Below, piece by piece: positions 10,363 through 20,068 of a stretch of 64,000 nucleotides of DNA. The position numbers and the translations under genes are program-made. The notes under the pieces were generated by a model, which was not told the DNA's origin, ran no database searches, and saw only the letters and a list, made by a program, of their open reading frames with translations. The stretch comes from a phage. Position 1 is the first letter of the stretch. Each line of letters begins with the position of its first letter. The stretch is taken from the sequence record NC_129898.1; one strand, written 5' to 3'.

Positions 10363-10635
10363 ATGACCAAACAGTATCAACGAATTAAAGCCAAGGTTAA
10401 GCCAGACTACTTGGAGAAGGACTCTGCTTTTCGAGACTGCACCGCAGACAAAGTTTACACAGGTGCCGTTCTGTTAAACGACGAATTTGAAGTGGATGTG
10501 CTGGGTAAAGAGGCTACTATCAAGGACGACCAGGGAGATTATGTTTGTTGCACCACCAGAGAGCTGGAGGTATTAGAATACTTCGGTGAAATCTTCACCT
10601 CTCTTGATGATTACTTAGATGACGAGGAAGAGTGA
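10363..10635 (+). CDS. hypothetical small protein (KDDxG family)
   Basis: AAAGGAG RBS before ATG 10363; DSAFRDCT and IKDDQGDYVCCT; acidic tail. Confidence 0.5.
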   Translation: MTKQYQRIKAKVKPDYLEKDSAFRDCTADKVYTGAVLLNDEFEVDVLGKEATIKDDQGDYVCCTTRELEVLEYFGEIFTSLDDYLDDEEE

Positions 10636-11036
10636 TGAAAAACATTTGGGATATTAATATCTTTGAAGCCTCTGAGCTTGACGGTGCCGATGGTGTTATT
10701 ATAGTTTCTGATGGAAAGGTAACATTGACCTCTGGACTGACCTACTATGACACTACCTACGTATTGGGCGATCTTGCCTTGTTGAAATCAACAGGCGACT
10801 CTCTGGAAGAACGTCTGCAAGGATTTGCCTTTAAAGAAGGCACAAACACCACACTGATGTGCACTACACGCACTGTTCAGTTGGGCAACGGGGTATATAT
10901 GGTCATTGCAGTGTGCCCCAAATTCAGCAACATTAATAAAGATGATGCTGACGCTGTCAACGACGTGGTTGTCCTCTTCGTGGGTGACGCTATGGCAGAT
11001 CTGATGAATGCAGGAGAAGCAGCAAATGAAGACTGA
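10632..11036 (+). CDS. hypothetical protein (134 aa)
   Basis: Start overlaps upstream stop; no recognisable motif. Confidence 0.5.
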   Translation: MMKNIWDINIFEASELDGADGVIIVSDGKVTLTSGLTYYDTTYVLGDLALLKSTGDSLEERLQGFAFKEGTNTTLMCTTRTVQLGNGVYMVIAVCPKFSNINKDDADAVNDVVVLFVGDAMADLMNAGEAANED

Positions 11037-11328
11037 AAACATTACACCAGAAGGATTCCTGAAAGTATACCGTGAACTATTGTATACCACAGAGGATAGT
11101 GTTCTAGAGTACCCAGAATATCTTTTGCTGTATAAGTATCTGCAGGAAGCTGGTGAAAATCTTCCAATTAGCGCAGAAGGTGGTCCAAACTGGGTCTACA
11201 GTGCATGGAGAAAGGTTGACATTCTCCCAGATCCCGGTAAAGATATGGTAGTTTGGCAGCTTATCAACAACATCGGGATTCCAATCTTTGATGAAGCTGT
11301 TAAAATCTATTTTGAACTTGACGATTAA
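11026..11328 (+). CDS. hypothetical protein
   Basis: Overlapping ORF; start 11008 or 11026 uncertain. Confidence 0.45.
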   Translation: MKTENITPEGFLKVYRELLYTTEDSVLEYPEYLLLYKYLQEAGENLPISAEGGPNWVYSAWRKVDILPDPGKDMVVWQLINNIGIPIFDEAVKIYFELDD

Positions 11329-11344
11329 TATCAGGAGACTTAAG

Positions 11345-11590
11345 ATGGCTGAAGTAGTTGCTCGTGCAGGACAGAAAGTGCGTTGTGTTGAAGTGGGTTT
11401 TGGTGGCAAAGGGTGTCAAAACTTGACTCAAGGTAAGGAATACACTGTTATTTCTGGCGGTGGTGACGAAAGTATTGTGTTCGATGATCATATTCTGGAT
11501 GCTGAAAACTTTGAAATAATTGACGATGATGGTGATCCGATCACCTGCCTGCTGAACGGGAGTTGGGGAACTTTCGAAGTAATTGGCTAA
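11345..11590 (+). CDS. hypothetical small protein
   Basis: CAGGAGA RBS; IDDDGDPITCLLNGSWG motif related to KDDxG family. Confidence 0.5.
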   Translation: MAEVVARAGQKVRCVEVGFGGKGCQNLTQGKEYTVISGGGDESIVFDDHILDAENFEIIDDDGDPITCLLNGSWGTFEVIG

Positions 11591-11627
11591 CAAATACCTG
11601 TTGTAATTTACAGAAGGAGATGCTAAA

Positions 11628-12038
11628 ATGGTGTCTCCTTTATGTTGTTCAAATAAAATCGGAGATTCCACAATGGAACAAATGAACGATCAAGCGTCGG
11701 TTGCGATGAACGAGCAAGAACAACCTCAAGACTTTTTCTTAGGGTTAAGCAAAGATCAAGTGTCTCTTCTGTTGGTACTTTCTTCTTTCATGGGGAGACT
11801 TCAGGAGCTTACACAACAACCGGAGGCTGAACAGTTATTTCAGGCCCTGCGTGAAGAAGAAAAATATCGTCGTTTGGATTATGCCTTAGGTTGGGTAGCT
11901 CAACAACGAGATATGCTAATGGCCCTTTCTGGGACAACAAGTTTTGCAATGGGACTGTTGGCTCAAGTCCAGGACAAATTAATTCAGGCAGGGTTTGCAA
12001 ACACAGCGACCACTAACGAAGAACAAGGAGACAAATAA
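11628..12038 (+). CDS. hypothetical protein (136 aa)
   Basis: ORF ends TAATG overlapping next gene; no recognisable motif. Confidence 0.45.
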   Translation: MVSPLCCSNKIGDSTMEQMNDQASVAMNEQEQPQDFFLGLSKDQVSLLLVLSSFMGRLQELTQQPEAEQLFQALREEEKYRRLDYALGWVAQQRDMLMALSGTTSFAMGLLAQVQDKLIQAGFANTATTNEEQGDK

Positions 12039-13309
12039 TGAGCGTTATTCAACAATTCACCAACCCGATGAATCCGCGTGAAACTGTTTTACTGGCTCAC
12101 GGTATGATTAAACGTGTCAGCATCAAGCCTATCAAAGGTGCTGATCCTACAACAGGTATTAAAACCACTGTGTGGCAAGGTAAGAAAATCGAGTCCAGTC
12201 ACACCATCTCTTTACTGATTTCTGAACTGGATTCTTCTGATAACCTACTTCAAGGTGGTGAAGAAGTTTGGATCAGCATGGGTGATAAATTGCTCAAACC
12301 CGGTCATCAAGATTCCGTCTCTGTTAAAATTGATGACAAGTGGGAAACAGTAACGCCAGGATGGATCGTAAATATCCCTTTAAAGGCAAATGAGCATAAC
12401 GGTAAGACCTACTACAAAGGCTCATTGGCTAAAATGGTTAAGCTGGGGGCAGGAGATGCTCCAGCAGCCCCACAGCAACAAAAACAGCAACAAGGCACAC
12501 AATCACAAGGCCAGAAGCAGAAACCTCAGCAGAATGCCAATCAGGACGTTTTACGCATCTATGGTGATGTGACTCAGATTGTTGGTAACGTGGTTACTGT
12601 CAATGACCACAAGATTGGCGAAGGTGCTATGGTTGTCTCCGATGAGCAGCTTAAAGACCTGGTGGTTGGCGGTCGTGTTGCAGCTATTGTTGACAAAGAC
12701 ACCGGGAATATTATCAGCGGCTTCAAGGCCTACCCGCCTAAAGCAGAGAACGGTACACAAGGTTCTGGTGGTAAGCGTAAATCCTCTTACGACCCCATCG
12801 GTGTAGAGACAGGGCACAGTATCAATGCGTTGCAGATCATTCTGGATCGCGGGTTTAAGATTGACAGTCCTTTAGATGTGGCTAAAACACTGCACGTGGT
12901 CACCATCGAGCTTAAGAAAGAGTACGCTCAAGCCACCAACCGAACTGAAGATGAAGTAGGTGCCAGTGTTGGTAATGCGGTATTGAACGCTTGTCGCCGT
13001 ATTGACAAGAAGACGAAAGTTGATGATTTTGCAGTAGCAATTACTGCAGAGGCAAAAGATGTCTTGACTAATCTTGCTGAACCGTTGTATGATTGGATCA
13101 AGAACGGTGCTGGAGCCACTGACCATCAAGAGCCTCAAGCTGCCAAACAGGAAGCCTCCCCACAGCAAAACACTGTAGACGCCCCTCCTGTAGATGATGC
13201 GGAAGATGACCCAATGGATCAGAATCCAGCACAGTATGACTTCTGTGATGACATACCTTTCGCTCCGGTGGGTTTGCAATATGGCAAAAGTAGAATCCAC
13301 GCATTGTAA
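12038..13309 (+). CDS. putative single-stranded DNA-binding protein (SSB-like acidic DDIPF motif)
   Basis: Q-rich linker; acidic region ending DFCDDIPF (matches bacterial SSB tail DDDIPF) but frame continues 16 codons; position after polymerase as in T7-like modules. Confidence 0.4.
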   Translation: MSVIQQFTNPMNPRETVLLAHGMIKRVSIKPIKGADPTTGIKTTVWQGKKIESSHTISLLISELDSSDNLLQGGEEVWISMGDKLLKPGHQDSVSVKIDDKWETVTPGWIVNIPLKANEHNGKTYYKGSLAKMVKLGAGDAPAAPQQQKQQQGTQSQGQKQKPQQNANQDVLRIYGDVTQIVGNVVTVNDHKIGEGAMVVSDEQLKDLVVGGRVAAIVDKDTGNIISGFKAYPPKAENGTQGSGGKRKSSYDPIGVETGHSINALQIILDRGFKIDSPLDVAKTLHVVTIELKKEYAQATNRTEDEVGASVGNAVLNACRRIDKKTKVDDFAVAITAEAKDVLTNLAEPLYDWIKNGAGATDHQEPQAAKQEASPQQNTVDAPPVDDAEDDPMDQNPAQYDFCDDIPFAPVGLQYGKSRIHAL

Positions 13310-13904
13310 GAGGTGCATCAAGTGCGGAGAGGTGAAAAACCTCTCCGAGTTCTACAAACACCCAAAGATGTCTGACGGTCATCTTAATAAGTGCAAAGAG
13401 TGTTGTAAGAAGGCCAGTAGGGAGGCTGACCAGTTTTCCCACGACTCTTCAGAAAAAGGTGTAATACGCGTGTTGTACAAGGCTCAAAAGTGCAACAGCA
13501 AGCAAAGAGGTCACCCTCCTCCGACTTACACCAAAAAAGAGTTTAAGGAGTGGCTATACCTGAACGGTTACAAAGAGTTGTATGACCAGTGGGTAGCCAG
13601 CGGATACGACAAAAGGAAAAAGCCCTCTTGTGACAGGATAGATGATTTCAAAGGGTACTCTTTTGATAATATCCGTTTAACGACCTGGGGAGAAAATAAA
13701 GACAAGCAGACGGAGGATATTCTGTTGCATAGAAGCACCAGCGGTAGACGGTGTAAAAATGTAAGGAGGTTGGACATGAATGGCAACGTTCTTAAAGAAT
13801 GGGTATCCCACAATTCTTGTAGAAGAGAAACCGGAATATGTGTTGATTACTACATTCATGAAAAAATTCCAGCTCCCGATGGATACCTCTATGAATACTT
13901 TTAG
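13281..13904 (+). CDS. HNH_3-like endonuclease-like protein with N-terminal zinc ribbon (possible free-standing homing endonuclease)
   Basis: [11 protein letters not shown]...KCKECC zinc ribbon; [23 protein letters not shown] resembles HNH_3 core with His positions replaced; start overlaps end of SSB-like gene. Confidence 0.45.
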   Translation: MAKVESTHCKRCIKCGEVKNLSEFYKHPKMSDGHLNKCKECCKKASREADQFSHDSSEKGVIRVLYKAQKCNSKQRGHPPPTYTKKEFKEWLYLNGYKELYDQWVASGYDKRKKPSCDRIDDFKGYSFDNIRLTTWGENKDKQTEDILLHRSTSGRRCKNVRRLDMNGNVLKEWVSHNSCRRETGICVDYYIHEKIPAPDGYLYEYF

Positions 13905-13918
13905 CACCTAACTGACAT

Positions 13919-13948
13919 AGCCCTGCCCGAAAGGGTGGGGCATTTTTG
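13919..13948 (+). terminator. intrinsic terminator (repeat of 2796-2823)
   Basis: Same CCCTGCCC-GAAA-GGGTGGGG hairpin followed by T-run. Confidence 0.6.
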
Positions 13949-13966
13949 TATAAGGAGATCTGAAAA

Positions 13967-14383
13967 ATGACATTAGAAGATATCATTGTTAAACCTGAGA
14001 ACTATGACCAATACAATCTATCAACTCAATCTGTGGACCTTGGATGCGCTACGGTCAGTGCGTGGCTGGTTAACGGAAAAGAGCTGGATAAATGCTTAGA
14101 AGCTCACATGACTGTGAACAAGTTCCTTGATGAAAATACTCACTGGCTTGAGGGTGCAGGCGTATATGCTTCATGGTTGGAGAGTATGGGATTCGACTAC
14201 CAATCTGAAGAGGGGTGGTGGAGCTATTTAGCTATCTGTCCAGAGACGCTACAATGCTTCATGAAATATTCTGAAGATTTGGAGTACCGGGCGAGGGTTG
14301 ATAGTGCTATTGCCCGTTATAGCCGTAAACCTTTTTCCCACGACATTAAAACTGTGGAAGAATTTGTTGAAGTTTTCTGTTGA
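13967..14383 (+). CDS. hypothetical protein (138 aa)
   Basis: ORF after terminator; no recognisable motif. Confidence 0.5.
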   Translation: MTLEDIIVKPENYDQYNLSTQSVDLGCATVSAWLVNGKELDKCLEAHMTVNKFLDENTHWLEGAGVYASWLESMGFDYQSEEGWWSYLAICPETLQCFMKYSEDLEYRARVDSAIARYSRKPFSHDIKTVEEFVEVFC

Positions 14384-14479
14384 CACAGATTGAAAGGTGT
14401 GCAATTATAACTTCATAGAACGGGAGGACGTGATGAACGAAGAAAACTGGGATGTATAACTAACAGGAGGCCACTGCCC

Positions 14480-14677
14480 ATGATTTATCGAATCCGTGTA
14501 AGAGAAGATGCACCAGGCTGTTACTTTGACTGGCGTGGGTGGTGGTTTCTCCACCCGATGGATGGACTCACAGATAGAATGCTGGATGCTGCCCTTTATA
14601 CAGATACCGACATAGAATATAATCTCTATCTGAAGGACGGTATAGATAACGGTCTATTTGAAGCAATTCCTGTGTAA
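14480..14677 (+). CDS. hypothetical small protein
   Basis: AGGAGG RBS; no recognisable motif. Confidence 0.45.
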   Translation: MIYRIRVREDAPGCYFDWRGWWFLHPMDGLTDRMLDAALYTDTDIEYNLYLKDGIDNGLFEAIPV

Positions 14678-14745
14678 GAGGATGTGATAGCCATGTTTTA
14701 TGATCTTCCTATAGCGCCACCACCTGTTGAACACGGAGAACTAAG

Positions 14746-15171
14746 ATGACCTATGAAATGCCAAAACTGATTCGTGATGATGCCCAAAACGCTCACACCA
14801 TTATTATGGGCAAACGCATGGATATTATTTGTCATAAAGATTTCTGGGAAGGAAGTTACTTCACAGAGTATTTTGGTAAACTGGACAATGGTCTGCTGAT
14901 CCAGTTCTACACCGATGCGGAAAACAACATTCACTGGGAGTTCGAAACTGAAGATATCCATAAACTTTTCACCTTCCTCGGTATCAAGGTTGAGGCCAAG
15001 TTTGAAGAAGGTGAGTGCGACGATTGTGGATTCTACGAGGTAACAGATTTCTATCTTCCGAGTGGTGAGAACCTTTACTATGAAAGCCACTTCGGTAACT
15101 CTAATATGCCACAGAGCTGGACTGAGTTTTTTGAAATTGTGGAAGAGGAGCTGGCATATCGTGATTATTGA
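14746..15171 (+). CDS. hypothetical protein (141 aa)
   Basis: ORF; no recognisable motif. Confidence 0.5.
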   Translation: MTYEMPKLIRDDAQNAHTIIMGKRMDIICHKDFWEGSYFTEYFGKLDNGLLIQFYTDAENNIHWEFETEDIHKLFTFLGIKVEAKFEEGECDDCGFYEVTDFYLPSGENLYYESHFGNSNMPQSWTEFFEIVEEELAYRDY

Positions 15172-15619
15172 TACTGTAGAGGGAGATTTAATCTCCCTTT
15201 TTAAGAGCGGCACTGGTCACCTGATCCACGGTTGTAACTGCTTCCACACAATGGGTAAGGGTGTAGCAAAACAGATTGCCCGTGAGTTCCCTCAAGCATT
15301 GGAAGCTGATAAAACGACTACCTACGGTTGCCTAAGTAAGCTAGGTGCGTTCTCTCGGTGGGAGCACTTATCTCCGAAAGGTATTGTATACGGAATCAAT
15401 CTGTACACTCAGTTCTACCCAGGGCCTAATGCTGAATATTTCTCAATTCTGAAAGGCTTTGAGCGAGTCAATGAGATATTTAAGGGATCGACTTTACCAT
15501 TCTACATCCCTAAGATTGGGTGCGGCATAGGCGGCTTGAAGTGGGGACACGTGGAGGACGTTATTAACCTTGCCACTTTTGATATAGATATTATCGTGGT
15601 GGAGTACAAAGAGTGTTGA
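15159..15619 (+). CDS. macro-domain protein (ADP-ribose binding / possible ADP-ribosyl hydrolase)
   Basis: GDL...IHGCNCFHTMGKGVAKQI and IPKIGCGIGGL resemble macro-domain signatures; GTG start after GAGGAG inferred. Confidence 0.6.
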
Positions 15620-15870
15620 CAGCAGGATTTTGAGGTGGTATAGTCACCACAACGACTAAGACAGGGGAACACTATGGAGACTAAAATCTTAATTCTAGCT
15701 GTGATAGATACAACAGAAGGAGCCATGTTTGAATCTGCAGGAGGGTATTTCTACCTGCCCTCTGGAAAAAGAACTTCCGAGCCGAGTAAAGATTCAATCC
15801 TTAAAGTGTTCCCGTGTGCTTTCTGGCTGGAGATTCTGATAGAGGATTGCAGAGGATTGGGGAGATAATT

Positions 15871-16065
15871 ATGAGAAACAAGAAAGAGCTTTACTCTGGA
15901 GAGTGGATCAACGATCAACAGGTCGGAGAGGTAACCTGCTTCCGGTGCTTTACTCGGTACAATCTTAAAACTGCACCAAAAAGTGTTCCAAAGACTGATG
16001 GTTATTACATAAAAGAACCTCATTGCCCAAAATGCAAATGCCGATTATACTGGAGTAACCTGTAA
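15871..16065 (+). CDS. small zinc-ribbon protein
   Basis: CFRC...CPKCKC cysteine pairs; ATG 15871 after GGGGAG. Confidence 0.45.
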   Translation: MRNKKELYSGEWINDQQVGEVTCFRCFTRYNLKTAPKSVPKTDGYYIKEPHCPKCKCRLYWSNL

Positions 16066-16128
16066 AAGGTTGACATCTGAAAACTGCAGTATATAATACA
16101 AACATAGACTAGCAGAGAGGAACAAATT

Positions 16129-16320
16129 ATGGTAATTTTTAATCGAGACGGTATCATAGTTAGACAGCACCCATTCCTTGAATACTATCAAATTGAGCAA
16201 TGGTGTTACGGAGATTGCAGTCACTCCTATGGGCAAAGTTGGGGATATCGCACAGTTTTTGAATCAACAGATCTTGATAAAGTAAAACAGAAAGTTTTAG
16301 AACTTCTTAACAACAAGTGA
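16129..16320 (+). CDS. hypothetical small protein
   Basis: ORF after promoter-like TTGACA/TATAAT at 16070-16100. Confidence 0.45.
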   Translation: MVIFNRDGIIVRQHPFLEYYQIEQWCYGDCSHSYGQSWGYRTVFESTDLDKVKQKVLELLNNK

Positions 16321-16330
16321 GTATTATACT

Positions 16331-16663
16331 ATGGTAACATTAGAAAGACGTAAAGCTATCGCCGCCACACTGGCAGACATCTTTTGGGATTGTAATTTAA
16401 AAGATACCCGATATTGCGGCGCATCTATAGATGTATTATTCCCACGGCCCACCATTGTTGCAATGGGTAGCCTACTGGGCGTAGTTGCAGGTGCATGGGA
16501 TAAGGAAGGCGGTTTCTATATCTGGCAGCCTGACTACGGGACCTGGAAAGAAGTAAGAGGTGCTGAGGACTTTGGACCTGCAGCTGCTAAGATGGATGGC
16601 TGGGAAATTTATGTTGGAAACGACATGAAGCTGAAAGGCGAGATTGTTTACTGGTTACCTTAA
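16331..16663 (+). CDS. hypothetical protein (110 aa)
   Basis: ORF in compact array. Confidence 0.45.
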   Translation: MVTLERRKAIAATLADIFWDCNLKDTRYCGASIDVLFPRPTIVAMGSLLGVVAGAWDKEGGFYIWQPDYGTWKEVRGAEDFGPAAAKMDGWEIYVGNDMKLKGEIVYWLP

Positions 16664-16683
16664 GAAAGTGCAGGAGATAAAGT

Positions 16684-16929
16684 ATGAACAAAGGGTGGAC
16701 ATTCGTAGACGGCGTTGAAAACATGCCTCTTGGAAAGTATATCGTAGCCATGGCTGACGAGAATGGCAATGTAGATTTCGGAGCTTGCGAGGTTGTTCTT
16801 GCAGGATCTGGTGACTATGTGCACAAAACTGGGGTAATTAATGGTCAGTTCTACTTTGATCACAACCCTGTTGTAGCGTATACGGCTATGCCAGAGTTCA
16901 AGTTCCCAAAGGAGGGTGCCGATGTTTAA
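16684..16929 (+). CDS. hypothetical small protein
   Basis: AGGAGA RBS; DENGNVDFG motif. Confidence 0.45.
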   Translation: MNKGWTFVDGVENMPLGKYIVAMADENGNVDFGACEVVLAGSGDYVHKTGVINGQFYFDHNPVVAYTAMPEFKFPKEGADV

Positions 16930-17116
16930 GCTTAAATCTGCATGGAACATTGCTGTAGGTGATGAGATCCGCATTCCGGGTGGGAAGACCGTTATGAAGA
17001 TATCTCGTATTGAATACGAAGGTGACCGTGTATTCCACATTTTTGCAAAAGATGGTCGAGAAATTTATATACAGGCAGGCTCACACATCTATATTCGTAA
17101 AGGGGATGACAAATGA
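16916..17116 (+). CDS. hypothetical small protein
   Basis: Overlaps upstream stop; IFAKDGREIYI motif. Confidence 0.45.
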   Translation: MPMFKLKSAWNIAVGDEIRIPGGKTVMKISRIEYEGDRVFHIFAKDGREIYIQAGSHIYIRKGDDK

Positions 17117-17454
17117 CAGAGATCATCATTTCAACTGCAGGGTATGTATTCCTGACAATCATTGCGCTGATCATCTTGGTGGTGGTGTATGGATTTGTTA
17201 TCCTGCCTATTCTTGAGACATTTAGTTTGTGTCGGTGTTGGAGAAAGGCTTACGGACCACAGCCGTGGAAAGACTGGCCTCATCTGTTACGCATAGCGTT
17301 CTCCTATGCCTATGATCACTCCAGCAGTGCATGCATAACTGGGTACCACGCCCACAATTGGAACTGGGAAGGGTTGGGGAGATGGAATGTTACAAAGACT
17401 ATACCTCTACGCATGTACAAAGGAAAAGGTGGGATTGATGGGAATACCTGTTAA
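17113..17454 (+). CDS. hypothetical membrane protein
   Basis: Hydrophobic N-terminal segment (TM helix). Confidence 0.45.
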   Translation: MTEIIISTAGYVFLTIIALIILVVVYGFVILPILETFSLCRCWRKAYGPQPWKDWPHLLRIAFSYAYDHSSSACITGYHAHNWNWEGLGRWNVTKTIPLRMYKGKGGIDGNTC

Positions 17455-18082
17455 AGACAGAAAAGTATGTGGTCGTGGAGTAAACGATTTAAAAGACAAA
17501 GTCCCAATGTACCAATCTGTTAATGGTAAGAGAGTACCAGAACCCCACTATGCTACATGGAAAGCATTATTCCAGAGGTGCTACGGCGATAACTCAAAGT
17601 ACCATACAGGTTGTGAAGTTGTAGAAGATTGGTGGTTGTTCTCAGAATTCTGGAAATGGATGGATACACAAGAGTGGAAAAGAGACGCTAAGAAGTTCAC
17701 TCTTGACAAAGATCTGAAAATCCCTGGAAACAGAATATACTCCCCAGAAACATGCATGTTTGTTCCACCACAAATAAACACCCTATTTGGCATAAGACAG
17801 GCAGCACGAGGGGATTTACCTTTGGGTGTGACACTTAGAAAAGATGTAAACAAGTATCTCGTGCATTGTCATCGAGATGGAAAAATTGTTCATGGCGGTC
17901 ATTTCGATGATCCACAGACAGCACACAAGGTGTGGCAAGAAATGAAACTTGAGGAGATGAAACTTCAGGCTATTAAAAACAAAGATGAGATTTGGCTGTT
18001 CGCCATTAAACGTGCAATAACTATCCTTGAGAATGATTTGAAAAATAATAAGGAGACTATAACATTGGTGAAATTTATTTAA
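17438..18082 (+). CDS. hypothetical protein, possible homing-endonuclease-associated DNA-binding protein
   Basis: HYATWKALFQRCYG...GCEVVEDWWLFSEFWKWM pattern recalled from phage HNH/AP2-type proteins; no catalytic motif identified. Confidence 0.4.
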   Translation: MGIPVKDRKVCGRGVNDLKDKVPMYQSVNGKRVPEPHYATWKALFQRCYGDNSKYHTGCEVVEDWWLFSEFWKWMDTQEWKRDAKKFTLDKDLKIPGNRIYSPETCMFVPPQINTLFGIRQAARGDLPLGVTLRKDVNKYLVHCHRDGKIVHGGHFDDPQTAHKVWQEMKLEEMKLQAIKNKDEIWLFAIKRAITILENDLKNNKETITLVKFI

Positions 18083-18410
18083 GATATTTATGGTAGTATT
18101 TATTTTAAAATTATAAAAATTTTAGGCGATGAGGGAAAATATGTAATGGATTTTCCCTTATTTATCAGATATTTGCAGATATTTGGAAATCCTTAGAAAA
18201 TCAGAAAATGGATCGAAAACTAAAATGGATTTTTTCAAGACAGGCACGATAAGCTGCGCTGCTCATTCTATCGTTCGCACCGTACTTCAAATCACCATTC
18301 CAGATTTTCCGCACATACTCTCACCCCTCTGCCAGAACTTTCCCAACTTACCTTCAGCCTTTTATGACAATAAGTTAATTATTATCAGTAAGTTTTGATA
18401 CATCTCTCTC

Positions 18411-18590
18411 AGTACTCGATCTGTTTTTCATTTCAAAGATTGGATTTTCTGAAAATTTTTCTCGATAAATTTTTCGGTACTCGATCTGTTTTTCGTTTTC
18501 TGAATCGGATTTTCTTGAAATTGGTCCAGCACCAGATCTAAAATTTTTGGGAACGAAAGCGATTTTTCGTTTTCAGAAATGGATTTTTAA
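18411..18590 (+). repeat. tandem imperfect direct repeats (about 60-70 bp period, 3 copies)
   Basis: GTACTCGATCTGTTTTTC[A/G]TTTC...GGATTTTCT at 18411 and 18477, diverged copy at about 18559. Confidence 0.6.
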
Positions 18591-18733
18591 AATTTCTATA
18601 TGGGAATATTTTATGAGGTATTATTTTATATAGAATTGTCACGGTAGGTAATTAGCATGCTAACTAAATTTATGAAATGCGAAAAGTTCTCATTTAGAAT
18701 TTTGAATGATAATCATTCTCGTTTGCAGAATAA

Positions 18734-18758
18734 CGGGCACCCCCGGTGATTGTCTCCC
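18734..18758 (+). repeat. 25-bp element CGGGCACCCCCGGTGATTGTCTCCC
   Basis: Near-copy at 18875-18894; exact inverted copy at 27133-27158. Confidence 0.6.
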
Positions 18759-19064
18759 GGCCCCTACTGCCCCGGCTTGTTATTATAGTATCACACAGGA
18801 CAAAGAAAGCAAGAAGTTTTTGCATAAATTTTTAGACGATAATGATAATCGTTCTCATTTCATGCAGCGCCCATCCCCGGTGGTTGTCTCCCCCGTCACC
18901 GGTGCCTGCCGTCCTTTCGATATGTATATTGTGCCACCTGGCGGGGCCGCTGTCAACACTTTTCAAAAAAATTCTAACCTGATGCGCTAACCGTTGCAAC
19001 CTGGCGGGGCCAGCCTGGTGGGCCTATGCTATAGGATAGTAACAATTGAAGAGGAGGTACAAAA

Positions 19065-19181
19065 ATGGAAGGTAATATGATCCCCCTGGAAAATGTAGCT
19101 ATTAATGACGCTGAGGCTATCGCCCTGGTTGAAAAGGCTATGGCGGGAGCGTTGGAACATAAAGAAGAGTACGAAAAATGA
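19065..19181 (+). CDS. hypothetical small protein (38 aa)
   Basis: GAGGAGG RBS before ATG; below ORF-track length cutoff. Confidence 0.4.
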   Translation: MEGNMIPLENVAINDAEAIALVEKAMAGALEHKEEYEK

Positions 19182-19243
19182 CGGTTAACCTGGCAGGGGC
19201 GGCGGCTGGGGAATTTTGCCCAAAAAATAATTTTAACTAGTGG

Positions 19244-19272
19244 TTGACAGCTCGGACAGTTTTTGTTATTCT
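19244..19272 (+). promoter_or_regulatory. sigma70-like promoter
   Basis: TTGACA - 17 nt - TATTCT upstream of ORF 19326. Confidence 0.5.
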
Positions 19273-19325
19273 TATCCTCGCAAGGTGAACAACACCACAC
19301 TAATTAACAGAGAGGATAAAAAATC

Positions 19326-19523
19326 ATGAACGCCTACGGAATCAAAGTACGTCGCAGCACTCGCCAGGTGGTCACCGATCAAATGATTTGCCAGGTGGAT
19401 GTGACCATCAACAACGGGCAAGGCCTTTATAAATTCCGTCGCGGTCAGAGCTATACCCGGCAACAGCTTAATCGTTGCGCCCTGACAAAAGGCCAGATCA
19501 ACCACTGGTTTAATAAAAAATAA
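19326..19523 (+). CDS. hypothetical small protein
   Basis: Promoter and GAGAGGA RBS upstream. Confidence 0.5.
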   Translation: MNAYGIKVRRSTRQVVTDQMICQVDVTINNGQGLYKFRRGQSYTRQQLNRCALTKGQINHWFNKK

Positions 19524-19526
19524 GTA

Positions 19527-19555
19527 TTGACATATAGGCCGACACCAAATACACT
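19527..19555 (+). promoter_or_regulatory. sigma70-like promoter
   Basis: TTGACA - 17 nt - TACACT upstream of ORF 19588. Confidence 0.5.
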
Positions 19556-19587
19556 AAAAGCACAAAAGACACTGAGAGGATAAAATC

Positions 19588-19986
19588 ATGAAAACCACCA
19601 CCTTTAATTTTGATAATGCGGACTTTTCTTTTTCTGATGTCAAAAACTGCCGCCGTGATCGTGGATTTTACAAGGCCTATAATCTGGTGGGCCTGGACGA
19701 TGACAATAATTTGCACGAAGTAGCTGAGATCCGGTATTATGCCGCCGCCAGCGGGAACACTTACTACTGCGTTTTTTGGATACACGACAACAAGAACAAT
19801 AAGTACGGCTATACTGGCGGCAAGGCGAGCGGTCACGGTTACGATAAAGCTAACGCAGCACTTGAGAGCGCATTAAATGCTATGGGGATCACTGCCGACG
19901 GCTGGATCTACGAAGAAGAGTTTTTGTCGGCACTTGCTGCCCATCTAGGGTATAAAAAGCACATTGTGACATGTGCCCACGAATAA
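19588..19986 (+). CDS. hypothetical protein (132 aa)
   Basis: Promoter and GAGAGGA RBS upstream. Confidence 0.5.
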   Translation: MKTTTFNFDNADFSFSDVKNCRRDRGFYKAYNLVGLDDDNNLHEVAEIRYYAAASGNTYYCVFWIHDNKNNKYGYTGGKASGHGYDKANAALESALNAMGITADGWIYEEEFLSALAAHLGYKKHIVTCAHE

Positions 19987-20068
19987 AAATCATTGACACG
20001 CTGCAAAATTCAAGTAAACTAGACACAAAAGGCGGGAATGTTTCCCGCCAACACAAAGGAAAAAGATC

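Noticed and set aside
18706-18990. 94 aa ORF from the six-frame track (and the mirror ORF 27007-27264 on the - strand)
   Set aside because: It spans the GC-rich repeat elements (GTPGDCLP comes from translating the 25-bp repeat), has no RBS and sits in a repeat region, so it is most likely not coding
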